DNA of 64,000 nucleotides from Candidatus Latescibacterota bacterium. GTDB lineage: Bacteria; Latescibacterota; UBA2968; UBA8231. Position 1 is the first letter of the stretch. Every line of letters starts with the position of its first letter. This document shows positions 28,009-37,954 of the stretch, one piece after another. The stretch spans positions 4,192,001 to 4,256,000 of the forward strand of contig OZ252098.1 in NCBI GenBank assembly GCA_965248355.1, in the 5' to 3' direction. The notes below the pieces were generated by a model, which saw only the letters and a program-made list of their open reading frames with translations, searched no databases and was not told the origin of the DNA. A program made the position numbers and the translations under genes.

Positions 28009-29313
28009 GTGGCCGCCATCTTTCTCGCCTACCTGGTGGGACCCCTGAACGAACGCGGCTGGCGTGGTCTGGTGGCGAGCCTCACCGGACGCCTGGCCGG
28101 CGAGCTGCGAGAGGCCACCCGCGACACGGCCCTTGTCTCCGGTCTCCAGGTCCACCGGCGGCTGAGTCCTCCCCCGGGCCGCCTCACTGGGGAGAACGGC
28201 GCCACGGTCGACTTCCTGGCCGCCGACCGCGCCGGAGCTCATGCCATGGGCGCCGACCTGGCCGTCGTCGACGAGGCCGGCCTTCTGCAGGAACGTGACC
28301 GCCCTTTGTGGGATTCGGTGGTGTCGTGTCTTGGAGGCCGCAACGGGCGGCTGCTTTGCATCTCGATTCAAGGCCGCGGTCCGATGTTCGCCGAGATGAA
28401 GGCGCGCCGGAAGGACCCGGCCGTAGTGTATCACGAGTACGCCGCCGAGCCGGAGGATGACCCCGCTTCGGAAGCGACGTGGCACAAGGCGAATCCCGGC
28501 CTGAAGTCTGGCGTCAAGAGCATCGAGCACATGCGACGGGCCGCCCGCCGCGCCCTGGGCGCCCCGGAGGCCATGCCCGGCTTTCTGAGCTACGAGTTGA
28601 ACATGCCGACGGACCCGGCTATGCAGACCATCGTCTCCGTGGACGAATGGCTACCGCTCTACGAGGCCGAGGTCCCGGAGCGCGACGACGACGTTACGAT
28701 TGGCGTCGACCTGGGCGGCAGCACGTCGATGACCGCCGCCGCGTTGTACTTCCCGCGCACCGGGCGGCTGGAGGTCCTGTCAGCCTTCCCCTCTACCCCG
28801 GACCTGCGGGAGCGAGGCCGCGCCGATGGCGTTGGTAGCCTCTACGAGACCCTGCGAGACACTGGGGAGTTGCTTGTGCTGCCGGGCCGCGTCACCCCGG
28901 TTGACGAGTTCCTGGCGAGAGTGGGCGAAGAGGTGGCCGACCTGCGAGTTGTGTCCGCCGGCGCCGACCGCTTCCGCCGGGCCGAGTTCGAGCAGGCCGT
29001 TGAGAACGCCGGTCTCCAGTGGCGTCTGGAGTGGCGCGGTTCCGGCGCCCACGGCACCACCGAGGCCGCCCACGACGTTCGAGCCTTTCAGCGCGCCGTC
29101 AGAACCCGGGCCCTGTTCCCTCACCGGCACCCGTGTCTTGCCCTGGAGAGCGCCATAGCCGCCTCGACTCTGACGTTCGACGTGGACGGAAACCCCCGCC
29201 TCGACCGGCGTACTCGCCGGGGACGAATCGACCCGTTGAGCGCGACCGTGATCGCCTGCGGTCTGGGCGAGCTGGCCCGGCCGAGGCTCGACCGCCGTTT
29301 CCTCATCCGATGA
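28009..29313 (+). CDS. terL: Phage terminase large subunit, N-terminally truncated (Walker A missing)
   Basis: Walker B LAVVDEAG, ISIQG, WHKANPGL, nuclease IGVDLGG and RIDPLSA. Confidence 0.88.
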   Translation: MAAIFLAYLVGPLNERGWRGLVASLTGRLAGELREATRDTALVSGLQVHRRLSPPPGRLTGENGATVDFLAADRAGAHAMGADLAVVDEAGLLQERDRPLWDSVVSCLGGRNGRLLCISIQGRGPMFAEMKARRKDPAVVYHEYAAEPEDDPASEATWHKANPGLKSGVKSIEHMRRAARRALGAPEAMPGFLSYELNMPTDPAMQTIVSVDEWLPLYEAEVPERDDDVTIGVDLGGSTSMTAAALYFPRTGRLEVLSAFPSTPDLRERGRADGVGSLYETLRDTGELLVLPGRVTPVDEFLARVGEEVADLRVVSAGADRFRRAEFEQAVENAGLQWRLEWRGSGAHGTTEAAHDVRAFQRAVRTRALFPHRHPCLALESAIAASTLTFDVDGNPRLDRRTRRGRIDPLSATVIACGLGELARPRLDRRFLIR

Positions 29314-29365
29314 CAACCCCCTCAAATCGCCCGTATCGGGCGTTTTCACCGAAGGAGCACCACCC

Positions 29366-30573
29366 ATGTTGAAGTCACAGAAGGCCGCCCTCGCACTCTC
29401 CAAGCTGCGCGAGCGCGCCGCGATCCTCACCGGGCAGGAGACCGCACCGCCGAGGAGGACACCGAGCTGCAGGCCTTGCCCGGCCAGGTCGCCGAGGCGG
29501 AGAAGCAGTACCGCACCGCCGTCGAGGCGGAGGACGCGGAGAACCGCCGTGAGCCCGACGGCGAGGTCCGCGAGCTGGCCGGCCTACAGTCGCGCGCCAG
29601 TGTCGCCGAGATCGTGGCCGGCGCCATGTCCGGAGGACAGCCCGAGGGCGCCACCCGGGAGCTGCAGAAGCACCACAACCTGGCCGGCAACCAGGTTCCG
29701 CTTTCCCTGTTGGTCGACCGCCAGCAGCCCGAGGACCCGGACCTGCAGAAGCGCACGTCCGGGGTCACCCCGGGGCCCACGTCCGGGCCGGCCATGCAAC
29801 AGCCGGTGATCCCCTTCGTGTTCCCGGAGTCCGCCGCCGCCTTCCTGCAGATCCCGCAGCCGACCGTCCCGGCCGGCGAAGCCGTCTACACCGTGGTCAG
29901 CACCGCAGCGACCCCGGGCAAGCCCGCCGAGGGTGCCGACCAGGACCACAGCGCCGGAGCCCTCACCGCGTCGGTTCTCACCCCGTCGAGGATCCAGGCC
30001 TCGTTGTTCTTCAGCATCGAGGACCGCGCCCGGGTGCCGCAGCTCGACGCGGCGTTGAGGGAGAACCTGTCCGCCGCCCTGGCGGATGAGCTGGATGAGA
30101 CCGTGATCGACGACCTGCTGACGGGCTCCACCCTGTCGCAGATCGACGCCAGCGCGGCCGACACCTTCGAGACCTACCGCTCCCGGTTCGCCTTCCTTCG
30201 CGTGGATGGCACGTACGCGAGCGACACCGAGGCCCTGCGCCTGGTGATCGGTTCGGCAACCCTGGCCTCCATGGCCGCCAAGTTCCGCGGCACCGCCTCC
30301 GACGTGGACGCCTACATGAGCCTGAAGGAGATCACCGCCGGGGTGCGGGTGTCCGCGCACGTCCCGGGCGTTACCAGCAACAAGCAGCCCGGCGTGGTCC
30401 GCCGAGGATCGAGGATGGACGCCGTGACTGCCATGTGGCAAGGCGTCGAGCTTTTGGAGGACAGGTATACGCAGACCAAGGCCGGGGAGGTGGTCCTGAC
30501 CGCGACCATGTTGTACGCGCACCAGGTACTCCGCACCGCCGGCTTCCCCCGCGTCGAGGCGCAGCACGCATAG
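29366..30573 (+). CDS. Phage major capsid protein (HK97-like) with coiled-coil N-terminus; 1-bp frameshift near 29442
   Basis: RBS AAGGAG, MLKSQKAAL..., then EEDTELQ...LTPSRIQASLFFSIED...LAD...GEVVLTATM; located between terL and the protease. Confidence 0.75.
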
Positions 30574-30578
30574 GCCAC

Positions 30579-30607
30579 GGGCCCGGGGGTTCAACACTCC
30601 CGGGCCC
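30579..30607 (+). terminator. GC-rich hairpin after the capsid gene (attenuator or mRNA-stabilising stem)
   Basis: GGGCCCGGGGGT-TCAAC-ACTCCCGGGCCC, 12-bp stem with one G-U pair, weak U tail. Confidence 0.55.
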
Positions 30608-30627
30608 CTTCAGAGAAGGAATCCAAG

Positions 30628-31137
30628 ATGCAGCCGGAGAAGCGATACAGGTACGCGCCCCTCACGTTGCGCCAGGATGGCGACGGCCGGCGGCTGGAGG
30701 GCGTGCTCGTTCTGTATTCCGAGATCGCCCCGGCCTTCGGGAAGAGGATCGAGCCGGGCGCCTTCGGTGACGTGGGCCAGGTCGACGCGATCTTGAACCT
30801 GCAGCACGACAGGAGACGACCTCTCGCCCGATCCGGTGCCGGTCTCGACCTGGTGGACACCGCCGAGAACCTGCAGGTCCGCGCCGAGCTGCCGGATACC
30901 ACCGACGGCAACGACGCCCTGACCCTGGTCAAGGCCGGAGTGCTGCGAGGCCTGAGCGCGGAGTTCTTCGTCCGAGAGGCGCACACAAGCCCGGAGGGCG
31001 TCGAGGTCGTGACCGGCGCCGAGCTGGTAGGTGTCGGCCTGGTCGACCGCCCGGCCTATCCGAGCGCGACCGTGGAGGCCCGCCAGGAGGCGCAGAGACG
31101 CCGCCTGAGCCGTTCGGCCGCCGGGGTGTGGTTCTGA
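30628..31137 (+). CDS. HK97 family phage prohead protease
   Basis: IEPGAF, NLQHD (His), GLSAEF (Ser), VGLVDRPAYP. Confidence 0.9.
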   Translation: MQPEKRYRYAPLTLRQDGDGRRLEGVLVLYSEIAPAFGKRIEPGAFGDVGQVDAILNLQHDRRRPLARSGAGLDLVDTAENLQVRAELPDTTDGNDALTLVKAGVLRGLSAEFFVREAHTSPEGVEVVTGAELVGVGLVDRPAYPSATVEARQEAQRRRLSRSAAGVWF

Positions 31138-32177
31138 TGGGGTGGCCCTTCCGAAAGCGAGAGGCGCCCGTCAGGGTGGACTACACATCCCAACGGATCG
31201 CCGAGATCCTGAGCCGGGCCAACGCCCCGGAGGTGGACGCGGCCGCCGTCAGCGCGGTGGCTATCGCCTCCAGCCTCTACGAGTCCGCCGTCGTGGCCGC
31301 CACCTTCACCGCGGAGGGCGTCGACTTCCCGGCCTGGTGGAGAGCCCTACTCGGCCGCGCCCTGATCGAGCGAGGCGAGTTCGTGTCCGTGATCGACGTG
31401 GAGGACGGAGGGCTGGACCTGCTGCCCTGCACCTCGTGGGATGTGACCGGACGCGCCCGGCCCTCCGAATGGCGCTATCGCTGCGACGTGGCTTCGCCGT
31501 CCAGAACCTTCACAAGACGGGTGCCGGCCGAAGGCGTGGTCCATGTGAGACTACACGCCTCCGCCTCCGCTCCCTGGAAGGGCCGCGCCCCGTGGGCCGT
31601 GGCGTCCAGAACATCGGCCCTGGCCGGCCGCATCGAGACGGCCCTCGAGCGCGAGGCCGTCTTGCCCTCCGGCACACTGACGAGCTTCCAGGACCTGACC
31701 GCCGTGCAGATGGATCAACTTGAATCCCGCTTCAAGACCGGAGGCCACACCGCTGTCAGCTCTGGAGGCCCCGCCTCTCAAGTCTCCAGTGCGCCGACCC
31801 GCTTCGGACCGGCCCCCGCCTCGGCGATGGTTTCGCTTCGTGAGCAGGTCCAGGGTGACGTTCTGAGCGCCTGCGGTATCGTCCGCGAGCTGGTGCAGTC
31901 CGGCCAAGGGACCAACGCCCGCGAGGTGACGCGACGGTGGAGGACTCTGCACCTGGAGGCCGTCGGCGACCGCATCCGCGAAGAGCTGGAGGCGAAGCTG
32001 GACCGCGAGGTCCGCCTTGACTGGAACCAGGTCGAGACCCCGGACTCCCTGGCGCAGCGCGCCCGCGTCGTGAAGGACCTGACGGGCGCCGGGGTGGACC
32101 TGAGCGAGGCCCGCGCCGTGGCCGGGCTGTCCGCGCCGGAGGTCCTGCCCCCGGATTCTGAGGCCCCCGCTCGCTGA
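31137..32177 (+). CDS. Phage portal protein
   Basis: TGATG coupling; ALIERGEFV, VPAEGVVHVR, PWKGRAP, VLSACGI portal-like blocks. Confidence 0.75.
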   Translation: MGWPFRKREAPVRVDYTSQRIAEILSRANAPEVDAAAVSAVAIASSLYESAVVAATFTAEGVDFPAWWRALLGRALIERGEFVSVIDVEDGGLDLLPCTSWDVTGRARPSEWRYRCDVASPSRTFTRRVPAEGVVHVRLHASASAPWKGRAPWAVASRTSALAGRIETALEREAVLPSGTLTSFQDLTAVQMDQLESRFKTGGHTAVSSGGPASQVSSAPTRFGPAPASAMVSLREQVQGDVLSACGIVRELVQSGQGTNAREVTRRWRTLHLEAVGDRIREELEAKLDREVRLDWNQVETPDSLAQRARVVKDLTGAGVDLSEARAVAGLSAPEVLPPDSEAPAR

Positions 32178-32313
32178 TTCCGGGGCGCGCCGGCCCGATC
32201 TCCCCCGGGCCCGTGTCCCACACCCGGAGCCTTCCAAAGGCCGTCAGACGGCGCCTGAGCGCCCCGGAGCCCTTAACCTTCCCGGCCTCTCCCCCCACGA
32301 AACGGAGGCCGAA

Positions 32314-32910
32314 ATGACCACCAAGATCCGCTTTGCTCTCGTATGGGCTGGGGCCCTCTTGGTTGTGCTCTGCTTCGACGGGCGGCTGGCCGGAGAGACT
32401 CCCACGGCCGAGAAGCCCGTTCCGCCCGCCGCCGGCTTGGAAGCCCAGGTCGACTCTATCCTGAGCACCTTAGTGCGGGGGCAGCCATGCCTGGCCGCCG
32501 GCAACTCATCCCACGACTGCTTCCAACTCTGGAGCGCGTGCCGGCCGTTGGATCTGATCGTTGAAGGCCTGCCCGAAGACGCGGAGGAGATCGGGCTGAC
32601 GAGGGAACGCATCCAGACGGCGGCGGAAAGCCGGTTGCGGGCCGCGCGGCTGTACGACGCGGAGGCGGGCCACTACCTGTATGTCAACGTCAACGTTGTA
32701 GGGCGCGCGTTCTCAACCGGCGTCGGATACAACAAATTGCTGCATGACGAGGCGTTGGGTATAGGCGGGCGGGCTCAGACCTGGCATGTCGGGGCCGCCG
32801 GGACGCACGGAGGCGACGCGGGCTACATCCTGCAAGACGTGTCCGAGCAAATGGACCGCTCTGTTGTCGAGTACCTGCGCGTGAACGAAAGCGCCTGCGC
32901 CGGGCCCTGA
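32314..32910 (+). CDS. Putative secreted hypothetical protein
   Basis: RBS GGAGG; signal-peptide-like N-terminus; GLTRERIQTAAESRLRAARLY. Confidence 0.65.
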   Translation: MTTKIRFALVWAGALLVVLCFDGRLAGETPTAEKPVPPAAGLEAQVDSILSTLVRGQPCLAAGNSSHDCFQLWSACRPLDLIVEGLPEDAEEIGLTRERIQTAAESRLRAARLYDAEAGHYLYVNVNVVGRAFSTGVGYNKLLHDEALGIGGRAQTWHVGAAGTHGGDAGYILQDVSEQMDRSVVEYLRVNESACAGP

Positions 32911-33049
32911 CGGCGCCGCCGTCGCAGTTTCGATAATCGCAGATAGACATAGACGCTCTCTTCGAATGGACTCTGTGTCATTTCGACACTGTAAGTCCGC
33001 CGAGTCCTGTCACAGACATTACCTTGGAAGGAAATTGCCAATGAACCAA

Positions 33050-33903
33050 GAACCTATCTCAAAATCACTACACATAACCTTGAGTTCTGATTGCTGATGA
33101 TGTACCATTACTGTATGGTTACTCTGACCGACCAGCAATGGGAACGGATCCGTCATCACTTTCCTGAGGAGCATCGCCCCGGGAGCCATCCGGGTCGTAA
33201 ACCGATTGCCACCCGTGACGTTCTTGAAGCTGTGCTTTGGATTCTCAATACCGGGGCTCAATGGCATATGTTGCCGCAGTGCTATCCGAACTACAAAACC
33301 GTGCATCGCCGTTTTCAAAATTGGTGTCGTCAAGGGGTGTTACGCGAAGTTCTCGTGGACCTGGCCCAGACTCTTCACGAGCAAGGGGACTTGGACGAAT
33401 CGGAAGCTTTCATTGATGGCATGTTCTCGGCGGCCAAGGGTGGAGGTGCCGATATCGGCCACACCAAGCGAGGCAAGGGCGTACGAGTCATGGGGATCGT
33501 GGACCGCCATGGGCTTCCCTTGTCGGTGAGCACGCATGCAGCGAACCATCATGAAGTGACGCTGGTTCAGTTGACGTTTGACTTCTACCTGATCGAAGAC
33601 AAACCCAAGAACTTGATTGGAGACAAAGCCTACGACAGCGACCCGTTAGATGAGGAGCTGAAGAAAGAAGGGGCCGAGATGATCGCTCCCCATCGCCAGA
33701 ACCGAACCAAGAAAAAGACTCAGGACGGACGCCGATTGCGTCGCTATGTGCGGCGTTGGATGGTGGAGAGATTCTTCGCTTGGCTTCAATGGCAGCGTCG
33801 AGTGATCACTCGCTGGGAATTGTATCCGGAGAATTTTCTTGGCTTCGTCCAACTTGCCTCCATCCTGATTTTACTTAAGCAATTTCAATTTTGAGATAGG
33901 TTC
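33050..33903 (+). mobile_element. IS5 family insertion sequence
   Basis: Perfect 16-bp IR GAACCTATCTCAAAAT (33050-65) / ATTTTGAGATAGGTTC (33888-903), AA on both flanks. Confidence 0.93.
33115..33894 (+). CDS. IS5 family transposase (single ORF)
   Basis: LTDQQW, LNTGAQW, TVHRRFQNW, FIDG, GDKAYDS, RWMVERFFAWL. Confidence 0.93.
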   Translation: MVTLTDQQWERIRHHFPEEHRPGSHPGRKPIATRDVLEAVLWILNTGAQWHMLPQCYPNYKTVHRRFQNWCRQGVLREVLVDLAQTLHEQGDLDESEAFIDGMFSAAKGGGADIGHTKRGKGVRVMGIVDRHGLPLSVSTHAANHHEVTLVQLTFDFYLIEDKPKNLIGDKAYDSDPLDEELKKEGAEMIAPHRQNRTKKKTQDGRRLRRYVRRWMVERFFAWLQWQRRVITRWELYPENFLGFVQLASILILLKQFQF

Positions 33904-33930
33904 AAGATAGTAGAGAAGGCCATAAAGAGC

Positions 33931-35996
33931 ATGAAAGGGATTGATGACGGGATGCGCACGTGCCTGGTACTGACTTGGGTTTTCGCAGGGCCGATCCCCG
34001 ACGCTCTCACTGCAGAGAGCCCAGCCAAGATTTACGCCTCGGGTCCGAGTGGCATTGTCCGCATGAACTTGGACGGCTCCGAGTTCGAGGTTCTGATTGA
34101 TGCCGACGGGAGACGCCCTGGCGATTTGGCGATAGACTGGATGGAGAGCAAGCTCTACTGGAGTGACGGGTGGAAGATCCACCGTTCCAATTACGATGGT
34201 TCCCAGTTGGAATCATACGTTGATATGCACCCGAGTACATGGTTATCGGCGCATCGTGATGACTTGACCGGGTTCTCCATGGATATCCACTCCGAGGATC
34301 GGCTACTGCTGTTCACGGCCAGTTTCAGTTATCATTACGAAACCAACCAACTGGCTTTTGTGAACATCGACGATGGGCTGGGTTCAGTCTCTGATGTGGA
34401 GTTCGATGATGAGAGCAACGCCTACATCAGTGGGGCCGCCATAGTATCTACTGACAGTAGTCGCGTTCTGATGTGCTACGCTCTAGAAGCTACAGAAGAA
34501 GGAGTTCTCGTTCCGTCGTGTTATTCGCATGAGTGGAGGGACAAGGGAAACGGATACAACTATCTGGCGAGCCACGGCCAAGACTGGGAATTCCTTGAAG
34601 ACTATCACTACTTCGTGGAGGAGGGCGGGAATCATTGGATCAGACGGAATAACTACAACGAGGACATCCTGCTTGTAGAGAAGCAGTTGTTCTCATGCGG
34701 GTTTGACCAGTCCACATTCGATCCGCCGCCTCAAATGGCTATGGACACGCGCCAAGGAGTCATGTATGTAAACTCATCCGAGGGACGAATTGCCGGATCG
34801 TTCTGCAACGACGCCGGAAAGTTGGAATCCAAGGAGATCTTTCTCGGCGTACAGGATCCTCCCCAGATGGTTGATATGGCAGCTCATGATGGCAATGTCT
34901 TCTGGTCCGACGTTCAAGGGGAGATCTGGCGTTGGCATGACGATGGTAGCGAAGGTGGCTCACTGGAGAAGGTATTCGCCCCTGTCGTTCGTAGGCCCAG
35001 AGGACTCTTCGTGGACCATCAAGCTGGCAGGATTCTCTGGGCAGATCCCTTGGCACGGACTGTCATGCAGGCCGACCTGAAGGGTGCGAGTGTCGAAGTG
35101 ATTGCCGAGGGAGAGGGGGATGTGCATGACGTCCTTGTGGCGGAGGGTAGGCTCTACTGGTCTGAACCAGAAGTGAGCACCATCAAATCAGCGAATCGGG
35201 ATGGTTCGGATGCAAAGGAGATTCTTGATTTGCAGGGTGGCTATTTTCCGACCGATCTCGACTACGAACCAATGAGCAAAAAGCTGTACTGGACGTCCTT
35301 CGGATATATAGGGAGATGCAACCTCGACGGATCAGAGATCGAAGTCGTGAGGACTACGATACGCGTTGAAGACATTGCCGTTGATGGAAATGAAGGAGTC
35401 ATCTATTATGACTGGGTCCGGTAGCGGAGGCGAGACAGAGGACGGGTATCCCGGTGTATGGAAGTTTCATTTCGATACGCAACACGCCGTACCAATGTAC
35501 CATGGCTACTATCCGGCACAATCCATTGATGTGCTGGGCGATAGAGTATTCTGGTCCGTACCGGAGTTAGGTTACTATCCTTGGGCATTCATTTATCACT
35601 CCGACAAGGCAACTGCAGAACAGTCATACACACATGGTCGCTACAGAGAAGTGGAACGCATTGCCATATACCGCCCGGAGGGGGTGGCAACCGCACTTGA
35701 GGATCCAGATCTCCCAGTCCCCGGCGCGACGTCTCTGCATTCCAACTACCCGAACCCCTTCAACAGTAGCACGAGGATCCCCTACACGGTGGCTCAGGGG
35801 CGGTCATGTGTCGCTGACCATTCACAACGCCATGGGCCAGCCAGTCGCCTCTCTGGTGGACGAGGTGCACGAAGCGGGAATTTACGAGGTCGTCTGGAGC
35901 ACGGAGGGAGAAGAGGTTCTGGCCAGCGGAGTCTATATGGTCCGTTTGAAGACAGGAGACGCTGTGAGGGTAAGGAAGCTTACTCTGCTCCGGTGA
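33931..35996 (+). pseudogene. Secreted YWTD/LDL-receptor class B repeat beta-propeller protein with C-terminal T9SS-type-A/FlgD-like domain; frameshifts near 35415 and 35800
   Basis: KLYWSD, ILWADP, LYWSEP, KLYWTS repeats with NLDGS; SNYPNPFNSST...ASGVYMVRL...KLTLLR spread over three frames; visibly lower GC. Confidence 0.8.
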
Positions 35997-36094
35997 GTTG
36001 GATCGCCGCAGACGGGGGAGTGGGAGTCTCTAACGGCCGCTATGGTGCTCAGGGTCCGGCTCCTTGAGGCTGTCGTAGGTATTGCCGTATAGCT

Positions 36095-36372
36095 GCAGGT
36101 GGGTCGCCTTCGCCCGGCCCACGATCCGGCGGCTCCAGGCGTCCAGATAAGGAATCCTGCTCCCGTTCGGATGTAGGTGAGGTCCGCGATCCACAACTCG
36201 TTCGGACCGGCGGCCGAGAAGACTCGACGGACCAGGTCGTAGGCGACTGGGCCGCGGGGACGGCGACGGGTCGTGGCGAACCGACGCCGTCGGCAGACGC
36301 CGCGTACCCCGAGCTCGAGCATCAACCGGGCGACGCGCTTGCGACTGACGCTGCGCCCCTGCTCGGCCTGGC
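36095..36372 (-). pseudogene. IS3 family transposase (OrfB) remnant
   Basis: SRKRVARLM...DLVRRVFSAAGPNELWIADLTYI...DAWSRRIVG. Confidence 0.85.
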
Positions 36373-36379
36373 GGATTCC

Positions 36380-37954
36380 TCACACCTGCGCGTGTAGCCT
36401 CTCCAGCGCCCGATACCTCTCCAGCAACCCGTCGTAGATCCCCCGGGTCGCCGGGTCCGGCTCGACCGGCGCGGCAGCCTGCAGCCGCATGAAGGGCTCC
36501 GTCACCTCCGCCCAGGAACGCTCCTCCCCCGAGCCTCTGGCGTGGCCGTGGGCGGCCATCAGTGCGGCGCCCCGGGCGGCGGCGTTCGTGGTGCGCAGGC
36601 GCTGCACGGGGCAGCCGTGGACGTCGGCGAAGACTCGCAGGATCTCCTCGTTCTCAGAGGCGCCGCCGGTGACCCGCAGGGAGCGGATCTCCACCCCCAT
36701 CCACTCGGAGTGGATCCTCGACGACAAGGCCTGGGCCTCGATGACGGAGCGGGCGTTGGCCGCGGCGTCGGCCTCGTCCAGGTCCTGGCGCACGACGCCG
36801 GGTTGGGTCACGCGGGGGACGATTTCCTCGTCGAACCAGGGCAGCATGAGGGCGCCGCCGTTGCCGGGGGGCGTGGCGGCCAGCCCCTCGGAGAAGCCGG
36901 ACCAGTCCAGGCCGTAGCGGTCGCGCACGGCCTCGCGCGCCAGGCTGCCGTTGAGGAAGCAGGTGAGCGCCATGTAGTGGTCCCCGTCGGGAGAGGCGAA
37001 GAGGGCGCCCTCGCCGGTGACGGGTAGACGGGGCTCGTCCAGGCAGGCGAAGAGGGTGTCGCTGGTGCCCAGGCTCAGGGCCGCCTGGCCCGGCTGCAGC
37101 AGTCCGAGGCCGATGAGGCTGCAGGGGTTGTCGCCGGAGAAGGGCAGCACCCGGCACTCGGGGGAGAACCCGAAGCGGCCGGTCCAGAAGGGGCTCAGGG
37201 CGCCGGCCACCACACCAGAGGGGATGACGGGCAGCAGCCGGCGGCCCAGGTCCGGCGCCGTGGCCTCCAGGGCGTCTCCGCTCCAGCGGCGTGTCCGGAT
37301 GTCCATCAGGTTCGTTCCGCTGCCGTCGCCGGGGTCGACGGGGACCAGCCGCCCGGCGAGGAGGCTGGCCACGAAGGAGCTGACCAGGCAGATGCAGCCG
37401 GTGCGCGCGTAGGCCTCTGGCTCGGTCTGCCAGAAGCGGCGGATCTGGGGGCCGCTGAAGCGCTCGAAGGCGGTGTTGCCGGTCAGCTCCAGCAGCTTGC
37501 TCCGGCCGCCGACGCCGGCCTCGATCTGCCGGCACTGCTCGCTCGTGGAGGTGTCCATCCAGATCGGGGCCGTGGGCCGCGAGAACACCTCGCCGAGCTG
37601 GTCCGCCAGGTCGTGGTCGGGGTCGAGGCCGCCGAAGGCGCCGGCGGCGCCCTCGTTGAGGTAGACGGTGCCGTGTTGCTGGCCGCTGCCGGCGATGGCC
37701 TCGATCCCCCCGAGGTCGACGCCGGCGTCGCGCAGGCGCGCGCACAGAAGCTCCAGGGCCTCCGCCCACATCAGGGGAGGGGCGTGGATCCGGCCGCCGC
37801 CGAGGTCCAGCACTCCCTTGTCGACGCCGTAGCGGCCCGCGAAGTGCTCGTCGAAGCCGATCGACTCCTCGGCCAGGAGAGCGCCGCCGGCCGTGTCGAT
37901 GACCAGGCCGGTCATCGACTGGGTGCTGCAGTCCACACCGAGGAAGTTGCCCAT
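36380..37954 (-). CDS. xylB: Xylulokinase (FGGY family, eukaryote-like subtype)
   Basis: LGVDCSTQS, SGQQHG, WMDTST, ERFSGPQI, LVSSF, SGDNP, SLGTSDT, TGGAS. Confidence 0.85.
   Translation of the reverse strand: MGNFLGVDCSTQSMTGLVIDTAGGALLAEESIGFDEHFAGRYGVDKGVLDLGGGRIHAPPLMWAEALELLCARLRDAGVDLGGIEAIAGSGQQHGTVYLNEGAAGAFGGLDPDHDLADQLGEVFSRPTAPIWMDTSTSEQCRQIEAGVGGRSKLLELTGNTAFERFSGPQIRRFWQTEPEAYARTGCICLVSSFVASLLAGRLVPVDPGDGSGTNLMDIRTRRWSGDALEATAPDLGRRLLPVIPSGVVAGALSPFWTGRFGFSPECRVLPFSGDNPCSLIGLGLLQPGQAALSLGTSDTLFACLDEPRLPVTGEGALFASPDGDHYMALTCFLNGSLAREAVRDRYGLDWSGFSEGLAATPPGNGGALMLPWFDEEIVPRVTQPGVVRQDLDEADAAANARSVIEAQALSSRIHSEWMGVEIRSLRVTGGASENEEILRVFADVHGCPVQRLRTTNAAARGAALMAAHGHARGSGEERSWAEVTEPFMRLQAAAPVEPDPATRGIYDGLLERYRALERLHAQV

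Larger units (their letters stand above)
24603..32910. mobile_element. Degenerate tail-less phage/satellite-like element (capsid-packaging module)
   Basis: TerL, capsid, HK97-type protease and portal plus Rep-like and Zn-finger ORFs; no tail, lysis or integrase genes; boundaries approximate. Confidence 0.75.

Noticed and set aside
29366..30573. Encapsulin nanocompartment
   Set aside because: Adjacent terminase, protease and portal indicate DNA packaging, not a metabolic shell
24590..32950. att-like direct repeats bounding the capsid element (ATTCGCAGCTA vs AATCGCAGATA)
   Set aside because: Too short and mismatched; no integrase or tRNA adjacent
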